Source of the DNA: a virus
Taxonomy: Duplodnaviria; Heunggongvirae; Uroviricota; Caudoviricetes
IMG/VR virus record: IMGVR_UViG_2778261231_000006
Coordinates: 1-36,223 of that record
Direction: 5' to 3' (one strand)
Length of the DNA stretch: 36,223 nucleotides
Shown: positions 27,898 to 36,223 of the stretch, one piece after another
Position numbering within the stretch: position 1 is the stretch's first letter
How the letters are laid out: every line of letters begins with the position of its first letter
The notes under the pieces: generated by a model
Seen by the model: only the letters and a program-made list of their open reading frames with translations
Database searches by the model: none
What the model was told of the DNA's origin: nothing
Made by a program: the position numbers and the translations under genes

Positions 27898-28794
27898 CTA
27901 TGATTTCGACACAACTATTTTCCCCAAATCAAAACTAAATTCGACATCCCCATTTACGATATTTTCATTTGTCACATGCTCATCAAAAAGGTCACTAACA
28001 TCATACCCCGACTGAAACACTGGGCTCATGATAGCCACGTCGGTGAATGGCTCTTTTTCATGTGTTATATAATATTGACCATAAACATTTGCAGATTCAT
28101 CTGCATCATTAAGACTAAGGACTGTTTTTGCTTTGACTTCAGGCATCAGAGAAAAATCAATATTATTCAACAAACACAGTAAGATGCCTGCTATTGTTCT
28201 CCTGTTATTATCAAGCGGCATCAAGTCCACCCCTGGAATCTCCTTCCGAAGCAATATTTTCAGCTCATTAAATAAAGAGTCGAACTTAATTGCGTCAGAA
28301 CAATTGAGTAACGACAAAGCTTCATTAATCATTCGCCCTTCATTGGAACCAATTTCTGATGTTAACTTACAAACACCATCATTAACAATATACGATTTTT
28401 TGTTATTAAGCTTCTTCCTCGCTGTAATTACCTGCCCCCCCTTTAAGTTTAACTTCTCCTTTAAAAACTCATCACTGAACATTCTTAATTGCAGTCTGAT
28501 TAATGTAGGTAAGTATTTCGGGTATTCATTTAACTCTGGTTTAACAGCATGCTTGTCGCGTCCAAATTTTAAACTTAATAACAAATGATTCCTCAGCATG
28601 ATATCCTTTATCTCGCCTTGATCTCTCCGATGATTATGGGCAACAAAACTCCCAATTTCAAAAATACACTTGGGCGCACTCGGCAACTCACGGGCCGTAA
28701 CAAAAAGAACATCAATATCACTATCAGTGAAACTCCCATCCTTTAATCTTCTCAACACTCTCTCTATTCTTGAGATTGCTTTACTTTTATTCAT
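27898..28794 (-). CDS. Hypothetical 298-aa cargo protein at the cos-proximal (tin/old) moron site; function unknown
   Basis: AT-rich ORF MNKSKAISRIERVLRRLKDGSFTDSDIDVLFVTARELPSAPKCIFEIGSF…; ATG with upstream AAGG/GAAAGAA; no TM helix or nucleotide-binding motif seen by eye. Confidence 0.75.
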   Translation of the reverse strand: MNKSKAISRIERVLRRLKDGSFTDSDIDVLFVTARELPSAPKCIFEIGSFVAHNHRRDQGEIKDIMLRNHLLLSLKFGRDKHAVKPELNEYPKYLPTLIRLQLRMFSDEFLKEKLNLKGGQVITARKKLNNKKSYIVNDGVCKLTSEIGSNEGRMINEALSLLNCSDAIKFDSLFNELKILLRKEIPGVDLMPLDNNRRTIAGILLCLLNNIDFSLMPEVKAKTVLSLNDADESANVYGQYYITHEKEPFTDVAIMSPVFQSGYDVSDLFDEHVTNENIVNGDVEFSFDLGKIVVSKS

Positions 28795-29120
28795 GACATT
28801 CTTTCAACCTTAATCAATATTTAATTTAAATAAACCATTCTCATACGCCAACCATACCTGTGACACCTGACAAACCAAATAAAAACAAAGGTACAGCGGA
28901 TATTGGTATGTACAGCTATATTACACATAAACTCATGTTAGTAACATAAGATCTTCTTGTGAATATTTGTAATTTATTAGTTCACCAACATTAATCTTTC
29001 CAACCGTTATAAATCCAATCATATGCTGATACTCAAATGACGGCCAACTACCACCTCGCGCTGTTCGTTGTTCCCTCCAGCAGCACTGGAAGCATGTTTC
29101 AGTACTGCTGGGGTTTTCTA

Positions 29121-29336
29121 TCAACAACGTGGTAGCAGTGCAATTTTAGACTGTTCTATATCGTTAAACCGCACGTAATTATCCCGGACTATTTCGGCAC
29201 ACCCGACCAACTCGTCGGGCGTCAGATTTTCGTTGACCATAATCTGCTGTAGACGGTGAACAATAGCCATCAGCTTGATATTTTTAGTGTTATGTTGCGG
29301 TATCTCGCCTAGTATTCTGTGCATTATCCAAGCCAC
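29121..29336 (-). CDS. Small hypothetical protein (71 aa), start overlaps the end of the upstream DUF3850-like gene
   Basis: ORF MAWIMHRILGEIPQHNTKNIKLMAIVHRLQQIMVNENLTPDELVGCAEIVRDNYVRF; overlap suggests coupling; no homology recognised. Confidence 0.35.
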   Translation of the reverse strand: MAWIMHRILGEIPQHNTKNIKLMAIVHRLQQIMVNENLTPDELVGCAEIVRDNYVRFNDIEQSKIALLPRC

Positions 29337-29779
29337 CCGTTTTGCTTTGCACGCTCAATCTGTTCATCTGAATAGTTCCATGCTCCATCCGTGGCAACCA
29401 TTGCCCCGCCAGACATCCCCGTCTCTGGTTCATACATAACAGCAAGGCCGAGCTGATGCATAATTTCATGATTAATTCTGAATACCAGACCACGCTCACT
29501 AAGTTCTTTCCAGTTCACAATCTCATATGCGCCTGTATTAAGCAGCTCAATACTTAGCAAGACATAATCTTCCAGCCAGTCTGACAGGTCAGTAACATCT
29601 GTTATCCGGGCTTCAACCTTTCGCCCCGTATACACACCCTGCACCCATTCATGCAAAATCAACGTGTCCCCGCGCTCATAATTACGGTCATTTTTCCGAA
29701 ACTCTGCGCGTTTCTTTCCTTCCAGCACAAGGTCGAAATATTTTGCGTGCAGCTTTACCTCGTGAATTTTTGCCATCAT
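29324..29779 (-). CDS. DUF3850/ASCH-like domain protein with C-terminal HExxH motif, translationally coupled to A
   Basis: MMAKIHEVKLHAKYFDLVLEGKKRAEFRKNDRNYERGDTLILHEW resembles DUF3850; INHEIMHQLG contains HExxH; ATGATGG start overlaps the A stop TGA. Confidence 0.65.
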   Translation of the reverse strand: MMAKIHEVKLHAKYFDLVLEGKKRAEFRKNDRNYERGDTLILHEWVQGVYTGRKVEARITDVTDLSDWLEDYVLLSIELLNTGAYEIVNWKELSERGLVFRINHEIMHQLGLAVMYEPETGMSGGAMVATDGAWNYSDEQIERAKQNGWLG

Positions 29780-32061
29780 GTCCACTCCATTACTGTTGAG
29801 AATCCCGGCCACTCATCAGCGACCGGATACGTGAATTTTTTCCCGTCATAATTTACGGTTGCCCCACGCGCCAGCGCCTCAATCTCCCGTCGCTGCGGCC
29901 TGATACCGTTCTGAGCAAGGTCAACGCGGATACGGGTAATTTGCGTTCGTTCCGACCGGGTCAGTCTGGCCGATGGCGCTATTTCATGTGGTTTTAACAG
30001 GCTTCCGTTTCTCTGCTGACGATTTGGTGTTCTCAGTCCGTGTTTTAATGCACCTCTGAGCACCCTCACGACCTCTGGCTCATTCCATTCGATAACACCG
30101 TCATCAACCAGATTAAGCACGGCTGCGGCATGTTCAGAAGGTGTGGGAACCGGTAACGAAGTATCACCACCGGTGAGCTTTCTACAGTTATTGACAGGAC
30201 TCCGAGGCGCGGCGATGCCGCTTTTTAAAGTCAAAGGCTCAACGACCGGAACTTTCGGCACAATGCGCCAGTCCGTGGTTCTGGTGATATGAATATGACG
30301 CGCGCCGAGATGCGGCGCGTAAATGCCGACCACTCTCTCGACCTCTTCCTCGTACTCGTTAACGTCATCCGACGGGCTACGGGCGACTCTGACAGTCTGA
30401 CAATCGCGCGGAACATTTGCCCCACCCTGCGCGCTGATATACAACGCAAAATCACCACTGTCTGCGGCAGCGCGAGCAGCCTCGACGCGTTCGTCAAACT
30501 CATCAGCAATACTGACGCCGCGAGGCAATTTGCGTAGTTCACGGTAAGCCCCCATTGTCGGCAGTCCAACCGTTTTAAATTGCGGGATGCGCCACGTTGA
30601 CGCCCATGCGGTAACAGCCGCGGCAGTATCTTTAAGCGGCTTACCGGTATCGTTATCGAGCTGACCATCCAGTGCATAGCCGTCGATATTTTTTGAAATG
30701 TATTTCGCGATATATCCCGCAGCACCGCCCCGGTTAAGGTGCTTTGCCTGAAAACGGTTTCGCGCGGCTCCTCTTTCGTCACCATCCTCTTTGAGCGCAT
30801 AGCGACGCATGATTTCGATAATCTGGTTACGCTGGCGTGGATTACAAAAAAGCATCATATGCCAGTGCGGCGTTCCGTCGTGGTGTGGCTCGACGACACG
30901 CAAACCGTAGACCTGTAAATCATTATCCTTGAATGCCGTGCGCATCAGGCTCCAGATGCGGCAGAGATAACGCTGCGCATCCTTTGGATTAAATGCCTCA
31001 TCGTTCCAGCCGTGATTAAGCTGAACGGTTTTACTTTCGCCTTTTCTGACCTGACGAGTCGGGTGATACTTTGACGGCGCGGTCAGCGTGATAAACATCC
31101 CCACATCACCCTCTGCGGCGGCGTAACGCTCAATTCCAGCGATGGTGTTCATCAGCTCCATCCGGCGAATTTCAGGATTAGAAATACTGCCCATCACCTT
31201 ACTGATAAGGTCGATGCGCTCGCCGGTTTCCCTGTTTTCAAGGTCACACGATTTAAGAAATTCCAGATTTGCCTGGCGGCGTGCACGCACATCCCGAATG
31301 GCATGTTTACTGGCATAAGGAGAACGGTCTTTATTGACCTCCCCGACAGCTATCAGTAACGCCTCATGCCAGCGCATACGCTGGCCTTTAAGCTGATGAG
31401 TCCACCACTCATCGTTAAACAGACGGGCAATGGCAGAATATGCCTGCCTCGTGGTCATCTGTCCTTTACGGTATTTTTTCCAGTAGAGAGGGGAAATATT
31501 GAAAGCACGTGCAGCGCCAGCAACATGACCATAGAGGTGAGCCTGCGCCTCATCCGTAAACAGCGATTCTTTCTCGCCATGCGCATCCACCCAGGCATCG
31601 CAGAGTTCCTCATACATCATGAAAAGCTGCGATGAGATACGGGCAGCAAACTTTTTCAGCTCCTTGTCATTCATTCCCGGCAGGCGCGCATACTGGTCGC
31701 GCTCTGCCAGAAACAGCAACGACGCATCGGTGTTCATTTCATGGCGCTGATTCACGCGCTCAATGCGCGGCCATAAACGACGCTGAAAAGTGGATGTGAG
31801 GAAATAAAACCCGTGCACCGGGCTTTTATTGCGCCTGATGTAGTCATAGCGTGAAGTAAACAGCGAGCGCAAAAAGTAAGGCAGGCGGTTAATCGTGGAT
31901 AAAACACCTTGCACCTGACGCATCTCATCACGTGTAAGAGGTCTTTCGCGCCCGACAGCCTCGCGTGGCGCGTTCCATGCATAAGCACCGGTAAACATCT
32001 TACCGGTGCCTGCGGCAAATGCTGACGGAGGGACAAAACGCCCGGAGGCTTTAACGGCCAT
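29776..32061 (-). CDS. A: Replication initiation protein gpA (rolling-circle nickase)
   Basis: MAVKASGRFVPPSAFAAGTGKMFTGAYAWNAPREAVGRERPLTRDEMRQ; 761 aa from internal ATG 32061. Confidence 0.93.
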   Translation of the reverse strand: MAVKASGRFVPPSAFAAGTGKMFTGAYAWNAPREAVGRERPLTRDEMRQVQGVLSTINRLPYFLRSLFTSRYDYIRRNKSPVHGFYFLTSTFQRRLWPRIERVNQRHEMNTDASLLFLAERDQYARLPGMNDKELKKFAARISSQLFMMYEELCDAWVDAHGEKESLFTDEAQAHLYGHVAGAARAFNISPLYWKKYRKGQMTTRQAYSAIARLFNDEWWTHQLKGQRMRWHEALLIAVGEVNKDRSPYASKHAIRDVRARRQANLEFLKSCDLENRETGERIDLISKVMGSISNPEIRRMELMNTIAGIERYAAAEGDVGMFITLTAPSKYHPTRQVRKGESKTVQLNHGWNDEAFNPKDAQRYLCRIWSLMRTAFKDNDLQVYGLRVVEPHHDGTPHWHMMLFCNPRQRNQIIEIMRRYALKEDGDERGAARNRFQAKHLNRGGAAGYIAKYISKNIDGYALDGQLDNDTGKPLKDTAAAVTAWASTWRIPQFKTVGLPTMGAYRELRKLPRGVSIADEFDERVEAARAAADSGDFALYISAQGGANVPRDCQTVRVARSPSDDVNEYEEEVERVVGIYAPHLGARHIHITRTTDWRIVPKVPVVEPLTLKSGIAAPRSPVNNCRKLTGGDTSLPVPTPSEHAAAVLNLVDDGVIEWNEPEVVRVLRGALKHGLRTPNRQQRNGSLLKPHEIAPSARLTRSERTQITRIRVDLAQNGIRPQRREIEALARGATVNYDGKKFTYPVADEWPGFSTVMEWT

Positions 32062-32326
32062 ATGAGCCAAAAGCCTCTGAACAACGCCTGCTGAGTTGCT
32101 CAACCTGCGCGTTTAAATCAGCAAAAGACTTTGCGCTTCCGGTCAGAATATCGTGATGCATCAGGCCGGAAACGAGCTGGCTTAATTTCGGGTAATAACC
32201 AACCACCGCCAGCCATTCCTGACCGGCGTTTTTACCGCTTTCCGCTCTCTTTTTCTCGTGGAGAATAAACTGAAAGCTGTCACTGGTAACGACATAACGT
32301 TCGCCAATTTCAATACGAATACTCAT
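32051..32326 (-). CDS. Small early-region protein (P2 orf83-like position), 91 aa
   Basis: ORF MSIRIEIGERYVVTSDSFQFILHEKKRAESGKNAGQEWLAVVGYYPKL; sits between orf82-like and A. Confidence 0.65.
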   Translation of the reverse strand: MSIRIEIGERYVVTSDSFQFILHEKKRAESGKNAGQEWLAVVGYYPKLSQLVSGLMHHDILTGSAKSFADLNAQVEQLSRRCSEAFGSYGR

Positions 32327-32547
32327 GCCGTTCTCCGGTAATGTTTGTTTTTTGCTTCAAAGACTGACTGACAGGAAACACAACGCGTGGCTGACGGGTA
32401 AGCCGCACGACGGGCAGCAGGTATTGGCGCGTCACACTCTTCGCAAACCAGCGCAGAAGCACCGCAATGTTTTACCCTTGCCGCGTTAATCTGGCGCTCC
32501 AGTAATTCAGCCTGTTGTTCCTGAATAAAATCTACGTTGTCCGGCAT
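32323..32547 (-). CDS. TraR/DksA-family C4 zinc-finger protein (P2 orf82-like)
   Basis: 74 aa with CEECDAPIPAARRAAYPSATRCVSCQ (Cx2C…Cx2C). Confidence 0.75.
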   Translation of the reverse strand: MPDNVDFIQEQQAELLERQINAARVKHCGASALVCEECDAPIPAARRAAYPSATRCVSCQSVFEAKNKHYRRTA

Positions 32548-32549
32548 TA

Positions 32550-32852
32550 TCAGCTCCTTTTATCGTTAAGTTTCCTGGATACATCAGCGCAATAACTGGC
32601 AAGCTCTGTCGTTAATTTTGTCAGTTCATCCACTGAGGAAATTTGCTTGTGGAATACAGCGCGTTTAACAAGTAAATTGACCACATCAGACAGGAGGTTT
32701 AATTCATTCTGATAAATCGCGATAACAGATTCAGTTATGTCGCGTTTTTCTTTATCAAGGCAAAGTTGAATAAGAGACAAATCGCCATTTTTCATAACGG
32801 CGATTTTTAAGGCGTTATTCAGTAATACAACTGAATGAGAACAGGACATCAA
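32550..32852 (-). CDS. Small early-region protein (P2 orf81-like position), 100 aa
   Basis: ORF in operon with B/A, tight spacing with neighbours. Confidence 0.6.
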   Translation of the reverse strand: MMSCSHSVVLLNNALKIAVMKNGDLSLIQLCLDKEKRDITESVIAIYQNELNLLSDVVNLLVKRAVFHKQISSVDELTKLTTELASYCADVSRKLNDKRS

Positions 32853-33106
32853 AGCACCTCCCCGCGAGACAATCCGATATTGTGAAATTTTTCCGACTCC
32901 TGACTGAGCAGCTCGACTATCTCCACGCGGGATAACTCCGCCTTTGTGATATGGCGAATCATGGCGTCAAGAAGAGAAGAAAAGCGTGTCGCTGCGTCGG
33001 CCTGTGCTTCGGTTCTGGCCTGATGCAGCAGTAATGCGTATTTACCGCACTGATTTTCAGAAACTGTATGCATGACTTTCTCCAGGCAAAAAGAAGCCCC
33101 GCACAA
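32849..33106 (-). CDS. Small early-region protein (P2 orf80-like position); start uncertain
   Basis: 85-aa ORF with 4-nt overlap to downstream ORF; internal ATG (MHTVSENQ) is an alternative start. Confidence 0.6.
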   Translation of the reverse strand: MCGASFCLEKVMHTVSENQCGKYALLLHQARTEAQADAATRFSSLLDAMIRHITKAELSRVEIVELLSQESEKFHNIGLSRGEVL

Positions 33107-33136
33107 TTAAGTGCGTTAAAAACTCTGGTTAATTAC

Positions 33137-33637
33137 TTAATGCAGATATTGCTCTGGTTTTACCGACGTCAGAATTGTCGGTGCATACTCAAACAGGCTG
33201 AACAATTCACGTAATGCACGGAATAAAGCATCACGCCAGTAACATGATTCTTCATTAATTCGCCAGTATGGCTGGTTGAATTCTTTTTCAGTCAATCCGG
33301 CATGCATAAATAAAGTACGACGCTGACTGACTGTTAAAAAACTAATATATGCATACTCACTTGCGCCAACCTGACGGCGTTTTGAGAATGCCCCACGCAA
33401 TTCATCAATTGCGCAAACCAGCCGTTCACGTTCGACGTCGTTCATTTCTTCAAAACGCATCGTTGCGTGACGCTGTTTTAACTGCGCATGGAAGCAAACC
33501 GTTAGCCGTTCGCGTTCCATCATCTGATTATAATAATCGCATGTCTCCTGCCAGCGAGGGACGGCCAGATGCTTACCAATTATCCGGCGCATAGCTGCTG
33601 GCTGTTTTTCAACGAGATTGAGCGTCATCACTGTCAT
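33137..33637 (-). CDS. B: Replication protein gpB
   Basis: 166 aa, MTVMTLNLVEKQPAAMRRIIGKHLAVPRWQETCDYYNQMMERERLTV. Confidence 0.9.
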   Translation of the reverse strand: MTVMTLNLVEKQPAAMRRIIGKHLAVPRWQETCDYYNQMMERERLTVCFHAQLKQRHATMRFEEMNDVERERLVCAIDELRGAFSKRRQVGASEYAYISFLTVSQRRTLFMHAGLTEKEFNQPYWRINEESCYWRDALFRALRELFSLFEYAPTILTSVKPEQYLH

Positions 33638-33828
33638 TTCCAGACCCTCCGGCTTTTCAGAAAGGTCAGAGCCTTTTTTAACGGACTCTGTTTTTTGGTG
33701 CGGATAATGATTCCCTTACGCCCCTTACCGTGGGTGATGGTGAAGTCAATCGCCCTGGGGCTTTCGTTACGCAATAACTGAGCAATACAACGAGGCTCAT
33801 TCATACGGTTCTCCTTAACGTGGTTCAC
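33634..33828 (-). CDS. Small early protein between cox and B (P2 orf78-like position), 64 aa
   Basis: ATGA overlap with B start; basic small protein. Confidence 0.55.
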   Translation of the reverse strand: MNHVKENRMNEPRCIAQLLRNESPRAIDFTITHGKGRKGIIIRTKKQSPLKKALTFLKSRRVWK

Positions 33829-34090
33829 CGAGACCTAACCACATCAACCAGCCGTCACGAATCTCTTTAGGACGGCTTTCATAAGCCAGTTTTAGTCCGT
33901 TATTCCATGCCGGAAGGTATACCCAATATTCACCAGCACGCCCCGATACTGACTGAGGGTCAGTAATCTCAATAACTGGTAATTTCCCTTTCTCAATCAT
34001 GCCCCTTACAGCTCTTGGAGTTTTGCCAATGAGTTTTGCAAACTCCTGATAAGGCACGGCATCAGTCACGCTTACAAGCTGTCTATTCAT
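33815..34090 (-). CDS. cox: Cox (excisionase / early repressor of Pc)
   Basis: 91 aa; …AVPYQEFAKLIGKTPRAVRGMIEKGKLPVIEITDPQSVSGRAGEYWVYLPAWNNGLKLAYESRPKEIRDGWLMWLGLGEPR matches remembered P2 Cox. Confidence 0.9.
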   Translation of the reverse strand: MNRQLVSVTDAVPYQEFAKLIGKTPRAVRGMIEKGKLPVIEITDPQSVSGRAGEYWVYLPAWNNGLKLAYESRPKEIRDGWLMWLGLGEPR

Positions 34091-34114
34091 CTGCTACGAT
34101 TCTCCCTTAGTGCT

Positions 34115-34133
34115 TCTAATGGCTCCTAATGGC
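34115..34133. promoter_or_regulatory. Candidate immunity operator: direct repeat CTAATGGCT twice with 10-bp period in the cox/C divergent promoter region
   Basis: tCTAATGGCTcCTAATGGCTaat; P2-type C repressors bind direct repeats overlapping the early promoter. Confidence 0.4.
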
Positions 34134-34211
34134 TAATTATTGCCTAAAAGGATAACTCCAGAAGCACAACATTTCATACCATCAGCAAGAAATTACGCAA
34201 TCGGAGTAATT

Positions 34212-34511
34212 ATGTCAATAGACGTTTCGGAGAAGTTGAAGCTAATCCGTGAATCTGAAAGGTTAAACCGTAAAGAATTCAGTGAATTAACTGGTGTAGC
34301 CTACAGCTCACTTTCGAGCTATGAGAGCCGGTCAAAAAACGCTGGAGTTGAAGCCATAATGAAGGTCTTACAACATCCTAGATTTACTAAATATACTTTG
34401 TGGTTCATGACTGATCAGGTAGCTCCAGAAGCCGGGCAAATTGCGCCCGCTCTCGCACACTTTGGGCAAAACGAAACAACGTCGCCCCACTCCGGTCAAA
34501 AGACTGGTTAA
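34212..34511 (+). CDS. C: Immunity repressor C (99 aa); N-terminal DNA-binding half diverged from P2, C-terminus conserved
   Basis: MSIDVSEKLKLIRESERLNRKEFSELTGVAYSSLSSYESR…FTKYTLWFMTDQVAPEAGQIAPALAHFGQNETTSPHSGQKTG; start at internal ATG 34212. Confidence 0.85.
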   Translation: MSIDVSEKLKLIRESERLNRKEFSELTGVAYSSLSSYESRSKNAGVEAIMKVLQHPRFTKYTLWFMTDQVAPEAGQIAPALAHFGQNETTSPHSGQKTG

Positions 34512-34626
34512 CAATTTATCGTGAATATATTCATCACAAGTGCCTACTATTGGTGGCTAAATTTCAGCCACCACGAAAAAAGCGATTAGTAGTAGCAAAA
34601 AAAAGTACCACTCGGAGGGTTTTCTG

Positions 34627-35640
34627 ATGGCAATCAAAAAACTCGATGATGGTCGATATGAAGTGGACATCCGCCCTACTGGACGTAACGGAAAACGCAT
34701 CCGTAGGAAGTTTGATAAGAAAAGCGAAGCTGTCGCTTTCGAAAAATACACGTTGTACAACCACCACAATAAAGAATGGCTATCAAAACCAACAGACAAA
34801 CGACGTCTGTCGGAACTGACACAGATCTGGTGGGATTTAAAGGGTAAACACGAAGAGCATGGGAAATCTAATCTTGGAAAAATTGAAATCTTCACAAAAA
34901 TAACGAATGACCCATGCGCATTTCAAATCACGAAATCCCTTATCAGCCAGTACTGCGCCACCCGAAGAAGTCAGGGTATTAAACCTTCGAGTATCAATCG
35001 TGATTTAACATGTATTAGCGGCATGTTTACAGCCCTGATTGAAGCGGAGTTATTCTTTGGTGAGCACCCTATCAGAGGGACAAAGAGGCTTAAGGAGGAA
35101 AAACCAGAAACAGGCTATCTCACACAGGAAGAAATTGCCTTACTGCTTGCAGCACTTGACGGCGACAATAAAAAGATTGCGATTCTTTGCCTGAGTACAG
35201 GAGCACGTTGGGGAGAAGCAGCTCGTTTGAAAGCAGAAAATATCATCCATAACCGCGTCACGTTTGTTAAAACGAAAACAAACAAACCACGCACCGTCCC
35301 GATCTCAGAGGCTGTTGCCAAAATGATCGCGGATAACAAACGAGGTTTTTTATTCCCTGATGCTGATTACCCTCGCTTCAGACGAACAATGAAAGCAATA
35401 AAACCGGATTTGCCAACGGGGCAAGCCACACATGCACTAAGGCACAGCTTTGCCACTCATTTCATGATTAATGGAGGAAGTATTATCACGCTACAACGGA
35501 TACTAGGTCACACGCGGATTGAGCAAACTATGGTTTACGCTCATTTTGCGCCAGAGTACCTTCAGGACGCCATTTCTCTTAATCCGCTAAGAGGTGGTAC
35601 TGAGGCCGAGAGTGTCCACACAGTGTCCACAGTAGAGTAA
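34627..35640 (+). CDS. int: Tyrosine integrase
   Basis: 337 aa, MAIKKLDDGRYEVDIRPTGRNGKRIRRKFDKKSEAVAFEKYTLYNHHNKEWL…HALRHSFATHFMINGGSIITLQRILGHTRIEQTMVYAHF (R…HxxR…Y catalytic region). Confidence 0.95.
   Translation: MAIKKLDDGRYEVDIRPTGRNGKRIRRKFDKKSEAVAFEKYTLYNHHNKEWLSKPTDKRRLSELTQIWWDLKGKHEEHGKSNLGKIEIFTKITNDPCAFQITKSLISQYCATRRSQGIKPSSINRDLTCISGMFTALIEAELFFGEHPIRGTKRLKEEKPETGYLTQEEIALLLAALDGDNKKIAILCLSTGARWGEAARLKAENIIHNRVTFVKTKTNKPRTVPISEAVAKMIADNKRGFLFPDADYPRFRRTMKAIKPDLPTGQATHALRHSFATHFMINGGSIITLQRILGHTRIEQTMVYAHFAPEYLQDAISLNPLRGGTEAESVHTVSTVE
35611..35631. promoter_or_regulatory. Candidate integrase arm-type sites: direct repeat AGTGTCCACA twice (reverse complement TGTGGACACT) inside the int 3' end
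   Basis: agtgtccaca-c-agtgtccaca read directly; same GTCCACA motif as in the ogr-proximal arm. Confidence 0.45.
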
Positions 35641-35719
35641 CGTTTAAGGGCTTTCAGTGGTAATTTATGCCGCTCAAACCCGCATTGTACCGTTGAAAGC
35701 CCCTACTGGTGACACCCTA

Positions 35720-35746
35720 AATCTCCCTTACACGGGCTTATTTTTT
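35720..35746. repeat. int-proximal att core, second copy of the 27-bp direct repeat
   Basis: Exact copy of 1507..1533. Confidence 0.85.
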
Positions 35747-35905
35747 TATGCATAAGCCCTATCTCTGGTAACCGTCTTCCATTGACCACATCGATAGAAT
35801 CCTCCTTCATAGCACGATGCCTTTCACTTATCGGCATCGTGCTCCCACAGGTTCCGGCTACGCACAGCCAGAACGCGCATATTTGACGCTTACCAAAAAA
35901 TATTC

Positions 35906-36223
35906 TCACTCTCCACATTTGAATGTCAGACGAGCGACACCATGTAATCCTACACCTTCTGTCTTCAGCTCAACTATTTGCATTTTTTTGCCCTGAGTAA
36001 CACAGAAATGAGTTGCATCATTTTTTACTATATTTTCTGCACCAGATATTCTACCCCTGGCTAAAGAAGCTTCGGCTTCGGTGTAGTATTGGTTATCGAG
36101 TTTACGCTGAATATTACTTTTATATGCAAGACCAAATTTACCGATACTTGTCTCATCATTATGCACAGCACAACCAGACATAATAAAAATACTAATTAAT
36201 GATATAGCAGCTATCTTTTTCAT
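35906..36223 (-). CDS. yegR: Lipoprotein YegR (105 aa), host gene; start codon at the window edge
   Basis: MKKIAAISLISIFIMSGCAVHNDETSIGKFGLAYKSN with lipobox SGC; neighbour of yegQ/cyaR in E. coli. Confidence 0.8.
   Translation of the reverse strand: MKKIAAISLISIFIMSGCAVHNDETSIGKFGLAYKSNIQRKLDNQYYTEAEASLARGRISGAENIVKNDATHFCVTQGKKMQIVELKTEGVGLHGVARLTFKCGE

Larger units (their letters stand above)
1507..35746. mobile_element. Complete P2-like prophage (about 34.2 kb) integrated at the cyaR 3' end
   Basis: Flanking 27-bp direct repeats; full P2 gene order; cos site present; host genes yegQ/cyaR and yegR outside. Confidence 0.92.

Noticed and set aside
28933-29127. 64-aa ORF between the 71-aa ORF and the 298-aa cargo gene
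   Set aside because: Odd composition, no recognisable features; kept out of the feature list for lack of support.
35647-35701. Long-loop inverted repeat (GGGCTTTCA…TGAAAGCCC) after int as a terminator
   Set aside because: Loop of about 36 nt and no U-tract; more likely part of the att arm architecture than a terminator.

Overview
This window is almost entirely one complete P2-like (Peduovirus-type) temperate prophage, about 34.2 kb (1507..35746), integrated at the 3' end of the sRNA gene cyaR between host genes yegQ (1..1362) and yegR (35906..36223). It is bounded by two identical 27-bp direct repeats (AATCTCCCTTACACGGGCTTATTTTTT) that match, from memory, the P2 attP core. Gene order is the canonical P2 map, inverted: ogr-D-U-T-E/E+E'-FII-FI-[cargo]-G-H-I-J-W-V-[cargo]-S-R-lysCBA-K-Y-X-L-M-N-O / P-Q-cos-[cargo]-orf-A-orf83..80-B-orf78-cox / C-int. 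All backbone genes look intact and product lengths match P2, so the phage is probably functional. The candidate novel biology sits in three visibly AT-rich cargo insertions at the three classic P2 moron sites: (1) the G/FI (Z/fun) site, with a 604-aa unknown protein followed by a broken ORF chain ending in an HNH-nuclease motif; (2) the S/V (orf30) site, with a 357-aa protein carrying two predicted C-terminal transmembrane helices; (3) the cos-proximal (tin/old) site, with a 298-aa unknown protein. I recognise none of the three large cargo proteins, and they are the best candidates for an undescribed anti-phage or exclusion function. All homology statements are from memory and by-eye motif reading; no database search was run and GC contrasts are by eye.
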